A stretch of DNA of 64,000 nt from contig CAVWIH010000024.1 in NCBI GenBank assembly GCA_963755025.1, forward strand, positions 8,744 to 72,743, given 5' to 3'. How positions within the stretch are numbered: the stretch's first letter is position 1; every line of letters starts with the position of its first letter. The translations under genes and the position numbers were made by a program. Below the pieces are notes generated by a model that saw only the letters and a program-made list of their open reading frames with translations, did no database searches and was not told the origin of the DNA. The stretch is from an uncultured Actinomycetes bacterium. Lineage in GTDB: Bacteria; Actinomycetota; Thermoleophilia; UBA2241. This document shows, one piece after another, positions 37,691-46,944 of this stretch.

Positions 37691-38390
37691 CGAGCAGGCC
37701 GACGAGACCGACTTCGCCACGGTGGCCAGCGCGCCCACCGTCGAGGCGGCCAAGCAGAAGGCGCTCGAGCAACTGCGCAAGGTCGTGCCCTACGTTCGCG
37801 AAGAAGACATCGAGTTCATGGTCGTCGACGAAGGCGGCCAGGGCGGCTTTCTAGGGATGGGCAAGTCGCAGCCGCGGGTCGAGGCCCGCGTGCTGCCCGG
37901 CGCATCGGCGGCCGTCGGCGACGTGGTCGACGCCGACGACGCCCTCGAAAAGCTCGACGCCTTCATCACTCGCGTGACCACCGGCATGGGCCTCGACGTC
38001 GACGTCGAGGTCTCGCAGTCCGGCGAGGCCGTCGTGGCCGACATCGCGGGCGACGACCTCGGGCTGCTGATCGGCCGTCACGGCCAGACCCTCGACGCGC
38101 TGCAGTACCTGGCGGCGATCGTCGTCAACGGACACGCGCACGCCCGGCGCCAGGTCATCGTCGACGCCGAAGGCTACCGCAACCGCCGCGAGGTCTCCCT
38201 CAAGTCGGTCGCCGAGCACGCCGCGCAGAAGGTCGAGCGCACGCACAGCGAGCTCGTGCTCAAGCCCATGACGGCCGCCGAGCGCAAGATCGTGCACCTG
38301 CACCTCAAGGACCACCCCCAGGTCGAGACCCGCTCCGAAGGCGACGAGCCGCAGCGCTCGGTGATCGTCTCTCCGCGCAAGCGCGTGTAG
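37662..38390 (+). CDS. jag: Jag/KhpB KH-R3H RNA-binding protein
   Basis: Contains GLLIGRHGQTLDALQYL (KH) and ERKIVHLHL (R3H). Overlaps the yidC 3' end. Confidence 0.85.
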   Translation: MDQSVSPPPDEQADETDFATVASAPTVEAAKQKALEQLRKVVPYVREEDIEFMVVDEGGQGGFLGMGKSQPRVEARVLPGASAAVGDVVDADDALEKLDAFITRVTTGMGLDVDVEVSQSGEAVVADIAGDDLGLLIGRHGQTLDALQYLAAIVVNGHAHARRQVIVDAEGYRNRREVSLKSVAEHAAQKVERTHSELVLKPMTAAERKIVHLHLKDHPQVETRSEGDEPQRSVIVSPRKRV

Positions 38391-38505
38391 CACCCGGTCA
38401 AGCCCGGCGGCGCTGCCGCCGATAGAGGTCAGTACCATCACGTTGAAGAGGCATCGGATCGCGATGCGTGGCTATGGCCTCGCGCGGCCCGAGAAGGGAG
38501 CGCTC

Positions 38506-39462
38506 ATGCGAAAAGCCCTCGTCATCATCCTCGGCGCCGCGCTGATCGCGCTCGCGTCGGTGGCGGCCGCGTGCGGCTCGTCGAGCCCAAGCGCCTCGTC
38601 ATCATCGACGGCGCCGCCGGCCACGGCCGGAGGCATGACCGCCGCCCAGATCCTGACGCGCGCCCAGCACGCCATGGGCAAGGTCAGCAGCGCACGCTTC
38701 GCGGCCGACGTCACGCTCAAGATGGCGTCGAACGGCTCGAGCGCGCAGGCCGCGCTCCTGGGCCAGGCGCCCGTCGCCCTGCACGTCGCCGGCAACGCGG
38801 GCGGCGCCGGCAAGGCCCCCGCCGCCAACCTCTTCCTCACGCTCCAGGTCGCCGGTCAGCACCTCACCTACGGCGTCAAGGTGTCCGACAAGCGCGTGTG
38901 GGTGCAGTACCACGGCAAGTGGTACGTGGCGTCCGCCTCGAGCACCGGAGCGGCTTCGAAGAAGAGTTCGAGCGCCTCACGGCTCGGCGTCGGCATCGAC
39001 CCGGCGAAGTGGGCCGCCTCGAGCACGGTCACAGTCGTGCAACTGAACGGCGCCAAGGTCTACCACGTCACGACCACCGCCAACACGGCCAAAGTCGTGA
39101 GCGACCTCATCAAGGCGCTCAACGTTCCCGGCGTGGCCAGGTCGGCCGGCAGCGGCGCCGCCGCCCTCGGCCAGCTCAAGAGCTCAGGCCAGCTCAAGAG
39201 CATCGAGAAGTCGCTGGCCTCGGCGTCGGTGCAGTACTGGATCGACGCCTCCACGTTCCTCGTGCAGAAGGGCACGATCGACGCCAAGCTCAAGTTCGGC
39301 GGCGCCACGGCCGCGTCGGGCGTGAGCGGCCTGGGCGTCCACATCGGCTACGCGCTCGACCACTTCGGCGCGCCCGTCACGGTGAGCCCGCCCAAGCACG
39401 CGCTGCCGCTCAAGTCGCTCACCAACAGCCTGTCGCCGCTCGCGGCCGGGATCGGCGCCTGA
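38506..39462 (+). CDS. Lipoprotein (LolA/LppX-like fold suspected), hypothetical
   Basis: ATG follows GAAGGGAG. Lipobox is LASVAAAC, followed by a Ser-rich linker. Confidence 0.6.
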   Translation: MRKALVIILGAALIALASVAAACGSSSPSASSSSTAPPATAGGMTAAQILTRAQHAMGKVSSARFAADVTLKMASNGSSAQAALLGQAPVALHVAGNAGGAGKAPAANLFLTLQVAGQHLTYGVKVSDKRVWVQYHGKWYVASASSTGAASKKSSSASRLGVGIDPAKWAASSTVTVVQLNGAKVYHVTTTANTAKVVSDLIKALNVPGVARSAGSGAAALGQLKSSGQLKSIEKSLASASVQYWIDASTFLVQKGTIDAKLKFGGATAASGVSGLGVHIGYALDHFGAPVTVSPPKHALPLKSLTNSLSPLAAGIGA

Positions 39463-39516
39463 CGGCCCGGCCCCAGGCGAGTCGCCGTCGGGGCGACTGA
39501 CTCCCCAAGGCAAAAG

Positions 39517-39553
39517 AAGCGGCGGGCGGCCCCATTGGGGCCGCCCGCCGCTT
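39517..39553. terminator. Bidirectional intrinsic terminator hairpin
   Basis: aagcggcgggcggcccc attg gggccgcccgccgctt, flanked by aaaag / ttttg, between convergent genes. Confidence 0.75.
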
Positions 39554-39613
39554 TTGCGTGAAGAGAGGAGCGCTGCGCGGCCGTGGGCCGCGTAACGGGT
39601 GTCGGGTACCGCT

Positions 39614-40914
39614 TTAGCGACCCCAGTCGAAGTCGGGGGCCCGCTTTGACTTCCAGTCGGCAGGTACGTTCTCGTCGTCGGTGCGCTGGCCCATCATCGA
39701 CTTCGAGATGATGACGCCGCTCGTGACGTTGGTGGGCTTTGGGTCGGAGGTGTCTTTGGGCGTGGGCGCCTTGATCTGGCTGGGCGCGAGCTGGACCGTG
39801 CCGTCGGTGCGCGAGCTGGCGTTGGGGCGCAGGTCGACCCGCTCCTCGTAGCCGCGGTCGGCCAGCGTGATGCGGCCGGCGTCGACGAGCTCGACGCGGA
39901 ACTGGTACCAGCCCATCGTCCACATGAACGTGATGAGCAGGCTGTCCTGGTTCTCGCAGCCCACGTGTACCTGGGGGATGCCGAGGTTCTCGTTGGTCTC
40001 GACCACGCGCTTGGGCACGGCGCTCACGTTGAGCAGATCGACACCGCGCTGCAGGATGGTGAGGGGCACGAAGTCGTCGGTCTCGGGCTCGGGTTCGAAG
40101 CCCGCCGCCACCGGCGTCGCCGCGCGGTCGTCGAACGGCGCCGCGCGCGGTCGTCGAACGGCGCCGCGCCGCCCGGCGTGGCCGCGAAGGTCTCGTGCGG
40201 CCCGTCGTCGAAGGGCGCTCGCGCGCTCGGCGGGGCCGCGGTGTCGGCGCCGCCCTGGTACTGGGCGGCAAGCGCGCCGGCGCCGGCCTCGGCTCGCGCC
40301 GCGTCGCGCAGCGCTTTGCCCAGCCCCGGATCGGTGTGCTCGAGATGGCGGGTCGCCGCCGCTACCGGCGCGTCGCTCGCCAGTGCCGCGATCTCGCCGC
40401 GCTCTGTGGCCGGCGGCTCGGTGGCATCGACGGCGTCGACGTCTTTGAGGTCGGCCGCCGAGTACTCGGCCGTCTCGGCGCCGACGTCGTCGTGCGCGGC
40501 CGGCCCGGCAGGCGCCTCGGTCGGCAGGGGCACGAGCGGCACCACCGCGGCGACGTGGCCGCGCGACTCGGCGAGCTGTGCGGCGAGCTCCTGGTTTTCG
40601 GCTTCGGCGCGCGCCAGCAGGCCTTCGAGGCGGGCGATCTCTGTGTCTTTGTCTTTGAGCGCGCGCCAGAAGGCGTCGCTGTCGTTGCGCGCCGGCCTGA
40701 CGCGTCCGTTGGTGACGGTGGCGCCGTCGTCGACCGGGTCGGCCGTGGCCGAAACGTCGCCGGAACGGGCGCACAGCGCGCAGATGAAGCGCTCGGTCCC
40801 GTCGTTGTCGACCACGCGCTGCGTCCACTCGCCGGCCAGCAGGGTGCGTCCGCAGGTGCTGCAGACGGTGTCGTCGCGATCGTCCTTCGTGCGTCCGAAA
40901 AGGCGTCCTAGCAT
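39614..40914 (-). pseudogene. Zn-ribbon / coiled-coil protein with conserved C-terminal domain, frameshifted by a 23-bp tandem duplication
   Basis: The N-terminal part is in ORF 40024..40926 (MLGRLFGR..CSTCGRTLL..FICALCA..coiled coil). The C-terminal part is in ORF 39614..40978 (DFVPLTILQRGVDLLNVSAVPKR..). Deleting one 23-bp unit joins them into 426 codons. Confidence 0.75.
40122..40167. repeat. Perfect 23-bp tandem duplication
   Basis: gcgcggtcgtcgaacggcgccgc occurs at 40122-40144 and 40145-40167. Confidence 0.95.
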
Positions 40915-41040
40915 GGTCCGCTCCACGGTTTTCGGGGGCTGTAGTCAGGCTGGGGCAGTAGCCCACAAGGCCATTCATGGTACCAGACTTCGCAAGCCCC
41001 CGGTCGTCCCGCCGTGGTCACCACGCGCGGAACCGGACGG

Positions 41041-41286
41041 CTACCCCTCGTCTTCGGGAGGGTCGAACTCGAGGCCCACCGTGTCGGCCCGTGAGATCAC
41101 GTCGTGGGCCAGCGGCAGGTCCTGCTCGCTCACGAGCACGTCGATCGCTCCGAGTCCCGATGTCCCCGGATAGACGTCGTGCAGGCCGCCGCGCAGGGTG
41201 GCGGCGATGCCTGCTTCGCTCAGCACGTTCGAGATCGCGGTCGCCTGGCTGAGATCGTTCGCGGTCGTCGCTCGGTGAAGTTCCAT
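41041..41286 (-). CDS. DUF2007-like small protein, copy 1
   Basis: 81 aa. Contains ..ATAISNVLSEAGIAATLRGG..IDVLVSEQDLPLAHDVI. Confidence 0.6.
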   Translation of the reverse strand: MELHRATTANDLSQATAISNVLSEAGIAATLRGGLHDVYPGTSGLGAIDVLVSEQDLPLAHDVISRADTVGLEFDPPEDEG

Positions 41287-41496
41287 CGTGACACCTCGCT
41301 TTCGTGCTCACTGGGGTTGTCTCGCACTGGCCACGGCACCCCCGAGCTGTATACCCATTCGGCGACGGCGGTCACCAGCGAGCGTGGGGCTGCGTCGCGA
41401 GCCGCCGTCGCGCGAGTCGGGCAATCGCGGGCGCGCCCGGTCGGCGAAAGCGTGGGCGCGCCCCGAGGAGCGGCGCCGCGCCGCGCGACCGTGCGC

Positions 41497-41748
41497 TCAG
41501 GAACCGGGCAGCGGCGAGTCGGGGTCGTCGACGACGGCGTCGGCCTGCAGGTCGGCGAGCAGGCGGCGCGCCTCGTCGTAGTCTTCGTCGCGCACGATGA
41601 TCGTGATCGCGCCCATCGAAGGGATGTACGCATAGACGCGGTTCATGGCGCCCCCGAGGAGCTCGGCGGGAATGCCGGCCGACACGAGCAGGTCGCGCCA
41701 GATCGTGGCGAGGACGGGATCGGCGAGACTGGCGACGACCTTGCTCAC
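41497..41748 (-). CDS. DUF2007-like small protein, copy 2
   Basis: GTG 41748 overlaps the copy 3 stop (GTGA). Contains LATIWRDLLVSAGIPAELLGG..ITIIVRDEDYDEARRLL. Confidence 0.6.
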   Translation of the reverse strand: MSKVVASLADPVLATIWRDLLVSAGIPAELLGGAMNRVYAYIPSMGAITIIVRDEDYDEARRLLADLQADAVVDDPDSPLPGS

Positions 41749-42002
41749 CGGTCGTGCGGCGGTCCCTGCCCCGTGGGCGGTTCCTGCCCCGCGCCGCTTT
41801 GCAGCTCGTCGACCAGCCGGCTCGCTTCGTCGTAGCGGGCCGCCGGCACCACGATGCCGTAGCCGCCCATCTGGGGCATGCCGGGGAACGCGCTCGAGCG
41901 TCCGCCCACGAGCTCGACCTCTATGCCGCCCGACTCGAGCAGCTCCTTGAGGCTGGTCGCGGTCAGCAGGTCGAGTCCCTCGGCCACCATCCTGGTCTCC
42001 AC
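41745..42002 (-). CDS. DUF2007-like small protein, copy 3
   Basis: GTG 42002 follows AGGAGG. Contains SLKELLESGGIEVELVGG..GIVVPAARYDEASRLV. Confidence 0.6.
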   Translation of the reverse strand: METRMVAEGLDLLTATSLKELLESGGIEVELVGGRSSAFPGMPQMGGYGIVVPAARYDEASRLVDELQSGAGQEPPTGQGPPHDR

Positions 42003-42004
42003 GG

Positions 42005-42859
42005 TCAGGCCTCCTGTGCACGCAGTGCGTGCAGGGTGTCGAGGTTGGCGCGGTCGGGGCCTAGTCCGTCGTAGCCGGGAACCTCGAGTATGCCGGGAAT
42101 GTCGTCGAAAGCGGGGTGATTGACGAGCAGCCGCATGGCCTCGCGCCCGATCTCGCCCTCGCCGATGTTCTCGTGGCGGTCGCGGTTCGAGCCCAGGGCC
42201 GACTTCGAGTCGTTCAGGTGCACCATCACGAGGCGCTCCAGGCCGACGCTCTGGGCGAACGAGGCGAGCATGGCTTCGAGGCCCTCGGCGGTGCGCAGCT
42301 CGTGGCCCGAGGCCAGCAGGTGAGCGGTGTCGAGGCAAACGCCCAGGCGCTCGTCGCCGCCGGTCGCTTCGATCATGGCGGCCAGCTCGGCGAAGTTCAC
42401 GCCCATAGTGCCGCCCGCGCCGGCGGTGTTCTCGAGCAGCAGTCGGACCCTGGAGTCGCCGACCTGTTCGAGGGCGCGCCGCAGGGCCTCGCGCACGCGC
42501 TCGAGGCCGGCGGCGAAGCCCGCTCCCTGGTGCGAGCCCACGTGCGTGACGATCGCCTCGACGCCGAGCTGCTCGGCGGCCGCGACCGCCCCGACCAGGG
42601 CGATGACCGACTTCTCGTAGAACTCCTCGTTCATGGTGGCGAGGTTGATCAGGTAGATGGTGTGGATGACCGTGAAGCGGATCGACGAGCCGGCCCGCGC
42701 GTCGCGAAAGCGCGCCGCGTCGTCGGCCCTGTACGTCTGCGGCTTCCAGGTGCGCGGGCTGCCCGCGAAGAACTGAATCGCCTGCACGTCGAGCGCCTCG
42801 CCGCGTTCGATCGCCGTCCAGACCCCGCCGCTCGCCTTTACGTGCGCTCCGAAGTACAT
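42005..42859 (-). CDS. nfo: Endonuclease IV
   Basis: Contains HTIYLINLA, LLENTAG and HLNDSK..G...DRHENIGEGEIG. Confidence 0.9.
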   Translation of the reverse strand: MYFGAHVKASGGVWTAIERGEALDVQAIQFFAGSPRTWKPQTYRADDAARFRDARAGSSIRFTVIHTIYLINLATMNEEFYEKSVIALVGAVAAAEQLGVEAIVTHVGSHQGAGFAAGLERVREALRRALEQVGDSRVRLLLENTAGAGGTMGVNFAELAAMIEATGGDERLGVCLDTAHLLASGHELRTAEGLEAMLASFAQSVGLERLVMVHLNDSKSALGSNRDRHENIGEGEIGREAMRLLVNHPAFDDIPGILEVPGYDGLGPDRANLDTLHALRAQEA

Positions 42860-42978
42860 GCGCGCCTCCGGCCTTCTCGTCTCGCTTGTTCAGTCGCCGG
42901 CGCTGGCGCCGGCCGGGCAACGTTTCGCCGACTCTACTGGCCGTCTCGGGCGCGAGACAAGCGGCAAGCGGTCGCCGG

Positions 42979-43047
42979 CTACCCGCGCACCAGCACGAGC
43001 AGCACGGCGACGAGGATGATCACGATGGCGATAGCCAGACCGTACAC
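42979..43047 (-). CDS. Possible 22-aa hydrophobic mini-protein
   Basis: GTG follows GAGGAG after an 8-nt spacer. Sequence is (M)YGLAIAIVIILVAVLLVLVRG*. This is speculative. Confidence 0.25.
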   Translation of the reverse strand: MYGLAIAIVIILVAVLLVLVRG

Positions 43048-43112
43048 GTGGCGCACTCCTCTCGTTCACGCCACGTTCCCCGAGCGGGCGCGCGGTAAGC
43101 CGTGGACGCCGC

Positions 43113-43928
43113 TCAGCCGGCGGCCGGCGGCGCGCCCGGGAGGTGCGCGTCGAACCAGTCGACCAGCAGCGCGATGGCCTCGTCGAGGTGGCCCTCGAGG
43201 CTGTGCGGCGAGCCGGCCAGCAGCTCGACCCGCGAGCCGGGCGGCAGCAGCGGCAGCCCGCGGCGCGCGTTGGCCAGGGACTGGCGCTCTTCGTCGTCGC
43301 CGTCGCCGTCGATCAGCAGCACGGGACAGCGCAGGCGGCCGAACAGCGCCGCCTGGTCGCAGTCGGCCAGCGCTTCGAGCAGCTCGGCCGAGGTCACGAC
43401 CGCGGCGCGGGCGCGGCCCTCGCCCTGCGGCATGACGACCCGCCCGGTGCGCTCGAGCTCGGCCATCTGGGCGGCCGTGAAGTAATCGCGCCAGTCGTAG
43501 CGCATGGCGGCGGTGGGGGCGCCGGTCGTGGCGATGGCGACGACCTGCCGCGGGGCGGCCGCCAGGCAGACGCGCCCGCCCAGGCTGTGGCCGTGGAGCG
43601 CGAGCCGGCGGTAGCCGAGCGAGCGCGCGTGGGCGAGCGCGGCGTGCAGGTCGTCGATTTGATGGTCAAGGGTGAGCACGTCGTCGTCGCTCTCGCCGCA
43701 GCCGGCGAAGTCGAAGGCAAGCGAGGCGATGCCGGCGGCGGCAAGCGCCGCGGCTATGGCCGGGAACCGGCCGCGCGCGCGGCGGTCGCTGGCAAAGCCA
43801 TGGGCCATGACGACCAGCGCGTCGCCGGCGGCCGGCGTGAGGTCGCCGCCCAGCGCGTCGCCGCCGGCCGGCGTGAGGTCGCCGACCAGCCGCAGGTCGC
43901 GAGCGTTCCGAAAGGTCACGCGTGACAT
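43113..43928 (-). CDS. Alpha/beta hydrolase
   Basis: Contains VVMAHGFAS and LHGHSLGG (nucleophile elbow). Confidence 0.75.
   Translation of the reverse strand: MSRVTFRNARDLRLVGDLTPAGGDALGGDLTPAAGDALVVMAHGFASDRRARGRFPAIAAALAAAGIASLAFDFAGCGESDDDVLTLDHQIDDLHAALAHARSLGYRRLALHGHSLGGRVCLAAAPRQVVAIATTGAPTAAMRYDWRDYFTAAQMAELERTGRVVMPQGEGRARAAVVTSAELLEALADCDQAALFGRLRCPVLLIDGDGDDEERQSLANARRGLPLLPPGSRVELLAGSPHSLEGHLDEAIALLVDWFDAHLPGAPPAAG
43814..43885. repeat. In-frame 36-bp tandem duplication inside the hydrolase N-terminus
   Basis: Units at 43814 and 43850 differ by 1 mismatch and encode GDLTPAGGDALG/GDLTPAAGDALV. Confidence 0.9.
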
Positions 43929-44042
43929 GCGCCAAGGATACTTGGTTCGACATTCTGTCGAACAGGGGCTTTGTGGGCTCCGCAGCGCTCGCACGGACGG
44001 CCAGAGGCGCGGGCGACAGCCCGCGCCTCGCGCCCCGGCTCG

Positions 44043-44705
44043 TTACGCGCTCGGGACCAGCGCTTCGAACCGCGGATCGTTGCGGATGGGCGCGAGGTCG
44101 GAGTCGAGATGCGCGTCGGTGGCCAGCGAGGGCCGCTCGTTGACGGCCGCGCTCAAGTGCTGGAGCGCCGCGTCGGTCTCGCCGAGCTGGGCTTCGGCGC
44201 AGGCCAGGTTGTAGAAGATGGTGCTGCGGTCGTCGTAGCGTTCGAGGGCGTCGTTCAGCAGCTCCTTGGCCTGCCGGTAGCGGCCGTCGTCGAAGAGCTG
44301 GAGCACGTCCAGGTTGGTCTCCCAGGCGCGCGGCCGGAAGGCCTCACCGGGCTTGCCGCCCACCGCCAGGATGGTGGTGTCGGGCTCGCGGGCTTCGGCG
44401 CCGCGGGTGGCCTTGGGATCGCGCACGAAGACGATGGTGCCGGCGGGGGCGTCGATGCGCTCGTTGCCCACGGTGAAGGTGGCGCGCCCGGCGATGACCA
44501 GGTAGAGCTCCTCGTGGCGCGATGAGCGCTCGTCGTGCTCGAGGATGATCGATTCGCGGGCCTCATGCGCGGTCCAGGCGTTGATGCCGAACGCCTGTAC
44601 CCCGAGGCTGCGACGAATGGGAGACCAGCCGCTGGGCCCCTCGAGATCGGCGAGCTGCGCCGTCTCATATGGCTTCTCGGTCACGGCTGCCTCCCCGCTC
44701 GTCAT
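44043..44705 (-). CDS. Cupin domain protein with C-terminal TPR-like region
   Basis: A cupin-type beta-barrel region (EELYLVIAGRATFTV..APAGTIVFV) is followed by TPR-like YNLACAEAQLGETDAAL. Confidence 0.6.
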   Translation of the reverse strand: MTSGEAAVTEKPYETAQLADLEGPSGWSPIRRSLGVQAFGINAWTAHEARESIILEHDERSSRHEELYLVIAGRATFTVGNERIDAPAGTIVFVRDPKATRGAEAREPDTTILAVGGKPGEAFRPRAWETNLDVLQLFDDGRYRQAKELLNDALERYDDRSTIFYNLACAEAQLGETDAALQHLSAAVNERPSLATDAHLDSDLAPIRNDPRFEALVPSA

Positions 44706-44760
44706 GGGTCCGACCAGCCGATGCTACCAGTCCGTGTGACGCGTGAGCGCGTTTTGGCCC

Positions 44761-45393
44761 TCAGGGGGTGACGTCGGCCCAGCGCCACTCGTGGTCGACC
44801 ACGCGGGCCTGCCCGCCGGTGAGCTGGGCGACGAGCTGGTCGAGCCCGGCGCGCTGGCTCGTGGTGACGTCGAGCACGAGCGTGGCGCGCGCCTCGTAGA
44901 CGACGTCGGTGACGAGCACGCCGCGGGCGCGCAGCTCGTTCTCGAGGCGGCCGGCGTCGGCGTGTGCCATGGCTACGCTCACGCGCTGCACGTGGCGGCG
45001 CTCGCTCACCCCGGCCGCCTCGGCCGCCGCGCGCAGCGCCTCGCTATAGGCGCGGATGAGGCCGCCTGTGCCCAGCAGGGTGCCGCCGAACCAGCGCGTG
45101 ACCACGGCGACGACGTCGGAGAGGCCGCGGCCGCGCAGCACCTCGAGCATGGGTGCGCCGGCCGTGCCCGAGGGCTCGCCGTCGTCGCTGGCGCGTGCGA
45201 CCTCGCCCAGCGGCCCCAGGATGTAGGCCGAACAGTGGTGGCGCGCCTCCCAGTGGCGCTTGCGGGCGGCCTCGACTGCGGCGAGGGCGGCCGCCTCGTC
45301 GCCGGCGCGCTCGAGGCGCGCCAGAAAGCGGGAGCGCTTGACCTCGATCTCGGCTTCGGCCGTGGTGGCGATGGTCAGGTAGGAGTCGCTCAT
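44761..45393 (-). CDS. yigZ: YigZ / IMPACT family protein
   Basis: Contains IEVKRSRFLA, HHCSAY and DDGEPSGTAGAPML. Confidence 0.8.
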   Translation of the reverse strand: MSDSYLTIATTAEAEIEVKRSRFLARLERAGDEAAALAAVEAARKRHWEARHHCSAYILGPLGEVARASDDGEPSGTAGAPMLEVLRGRGLSDVVAVVTRWFGGTLLGTGGLIRAYSEALRAAAEAAGVSERRHVQRVSVAMAHADAGRLENELRARGVLVTDVVYEARATLVLDVTTSQRAGLDQLVAQLTGGQARVVDHEWRWADVTP

Positions 45394-45521
45394 GCGGGGT
45401 CTCATGCTACCACCGGCCCGTGAGTGGAGAAGGCGGCCCGTGGGCATGCACGGGTTGAACGAGCGGGCGGTCGCGGGCCGGCGCTCTCACAGCGACAGGA
45501 CAGAAAAGGACGGCAGGTCAC

Positions 45522-45887
45522 ATGACGGAACAACTGGTCGACGTCAACGGCTATCGCGAACAGCTCGTGCAGAGGTGCGAGTCGCTCTCGGCGTGGCGCG
45601 CCCGCGAGGCCGCGGCCCACCCCGACGACGAGCGCGACGCGCAGTCGTCGAAGGCGCTGCGCGCGACGGCCGCCGAGCTGCTCGCCATGGCCGACGACGA
45701 CCCCACGCTGCACGGCCTCGCGAGCGTCTGCCAGGTGCACAACGACGCCGAGCGCTCCTTCTACGTCGACGAAGAGGACCGCATCGTCGGTCACCACGGA
45801 TTCGGTCCCGAGGCCACGCAGAGCACCGCCGACCTGCTGGCGGCCCTGACCGCTGCGGCCCACGAGGCCGCGCGCCGGTCGGAGTAG
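45522..45887 (+). CDS. Hypothetical protein
   Basis: 121-aa acidic ORF followed by a strong terminator. No motif recognised. Confidence 0.45.
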   Translation: MTEQLVDVNGYREQLVQRCESLSAWRAREAAAHPDDERDAQSSKALRATAAELLAMADDDPTLHGLASVCQVHNDAERSFYVDEEDRIVGHHGFGPEATQSTADLLAALTAAAHEAARRSE

Positions 45888-45911
45888 GCGCCAAGGTCGC
45901 GCCGCACGCGC

Positions 45912-45961
45912 GCAGGGCCGGCAGCGAGCTTCGCTGCCGGCCCTGCGGATGCGCCGTTTTT
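45912..45961 (+). terminator. Intrinsic terminator
   Basis: 15-bp stem gcagggccggcagcg/cgctgccggccctgc with loop agct, then ..gccgttttt. A second hairpin, cggccggcg aga cgccggccg, faces the convergent gene. Confidence 0.75.
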
Positions 45962-45996
45962 CAGTCGATCGGCCGGCGAGACGCCGGCCGCGACCG

Positions 45997-46944
45997 CTAC
46001 TTGCCCTGGTTGACCAGCGCCGAGGTCACCGCCAGCGAAGCCTCGTTGTACTTGTTGAGGATCTGCCCGTAGGTGCCGTCGGTGATGAGCGCCTGCAGCG
46101 CCTTCTGCACGGCGTCGCGGAGCTGGGTGTCGGTCTTGGGGACACCGATGCCGATGATGCCGTTCGAGAAGGTGGTGGCGATCGTCGGGTCCTGCAGCAG
46201 CACGAACGTGTTGCCGTTGTTGAAGGTCTTCACCGTGTAGGCGGCGACCGACTGGTCGTCCATCTGGGCCTGCGCCTTGCCCGAGGTCACGGCCAGCAGT
46301 GCGTCGCTGTCTTGCGGGAACTGCAGGATGGTGAGCTTGGGCTTGCCGGCAGTGGCGAAGGTCTTCGCGAGCTTCTGCAACTCGCCGACCTGCGCGGTGC
46401 CGCTCTGCACGGCGACGGTCTTGCCGGCCAGGTCCTGGATCGAGGTGATGTTGTCGGGGTTGCCCTTGGGCAGCAGGATGCCGTAGCTGTCGGTGGCGTA
46501 GTCGACGAAGTCGAGCTGCTTCTGGCGCGTGGCGTCGTCGAACATCGAGGCCATCACCATGTCTTCTTTGCCGGCCAGCAGCGCCGGAATAATGCTGTCG
46601 AACACGGTCTGGTCGAAGCTCGCCTTGACGCCGAGCTTGGCGGCGATCGCCTGCGAGAGGTCGTAGTCGATGCCGGTGGCCTGCTTGCTGCCGACTGCGG
46701 TGTACATCTCCCACGGCGGGTAGGGGATGTTGGTGGCCACGCGGATGGTGCCGGCCGACCTGATGGCCGCCGGCAGCATGGCGTTCAGCGTCGCGTCGGC
46801 GGTGACGCCGCCGCTGGTGGCGCTCGGGCTCGCGCTCGTGCTTGCGCTCGACGAGCTCGACGGTGAGCTCGACCCGCAGGCGGCCAGAACGGCTAGCACG
46901 ACGAGCAGTACCGCCGCCAGAACCGCGGCTTTCGCAACCCTCAT
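45997..46944 (-). CDS. Amino-acid-type ABC substrate-binding lipoprotein (family 3)
   Basis: ATG follows AAGGGGGAAG. Lipobox is LAAC. Contains GIDYDLSQAIAAKLGV..FDSIIPALLAGKEDMV. ATGA overlap with the upstream gene. Confidence 0.8.
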   Translation of the reverse strand: MRVAKAAVLAAVLLVVLAVLAACGSSSPSSSSSASTSASPSATSGGVTADATLNAMLPAAIRSAGTIRVATNIPYPPWEMYTAVGSKQATGIDYDLSQAIAAKLGVKASFDQTVFDSIIPALLAGKEDMVMASMFDDATRQKQLDFVDYATDSYGILLPKGNPDNITSIQDLAGKTVAVQSGTAQVGELQKLAKTFATAGKPKLTILQFPQDSDALLAVTSGKAQAQMDDQSVAAYTVKTFNNGNTFVLLQDPTIATTFSNGIIGIGVPKTDTQLRDAVQKALQALITDGTYGQILNKYNEASLAVTSALVNQGK

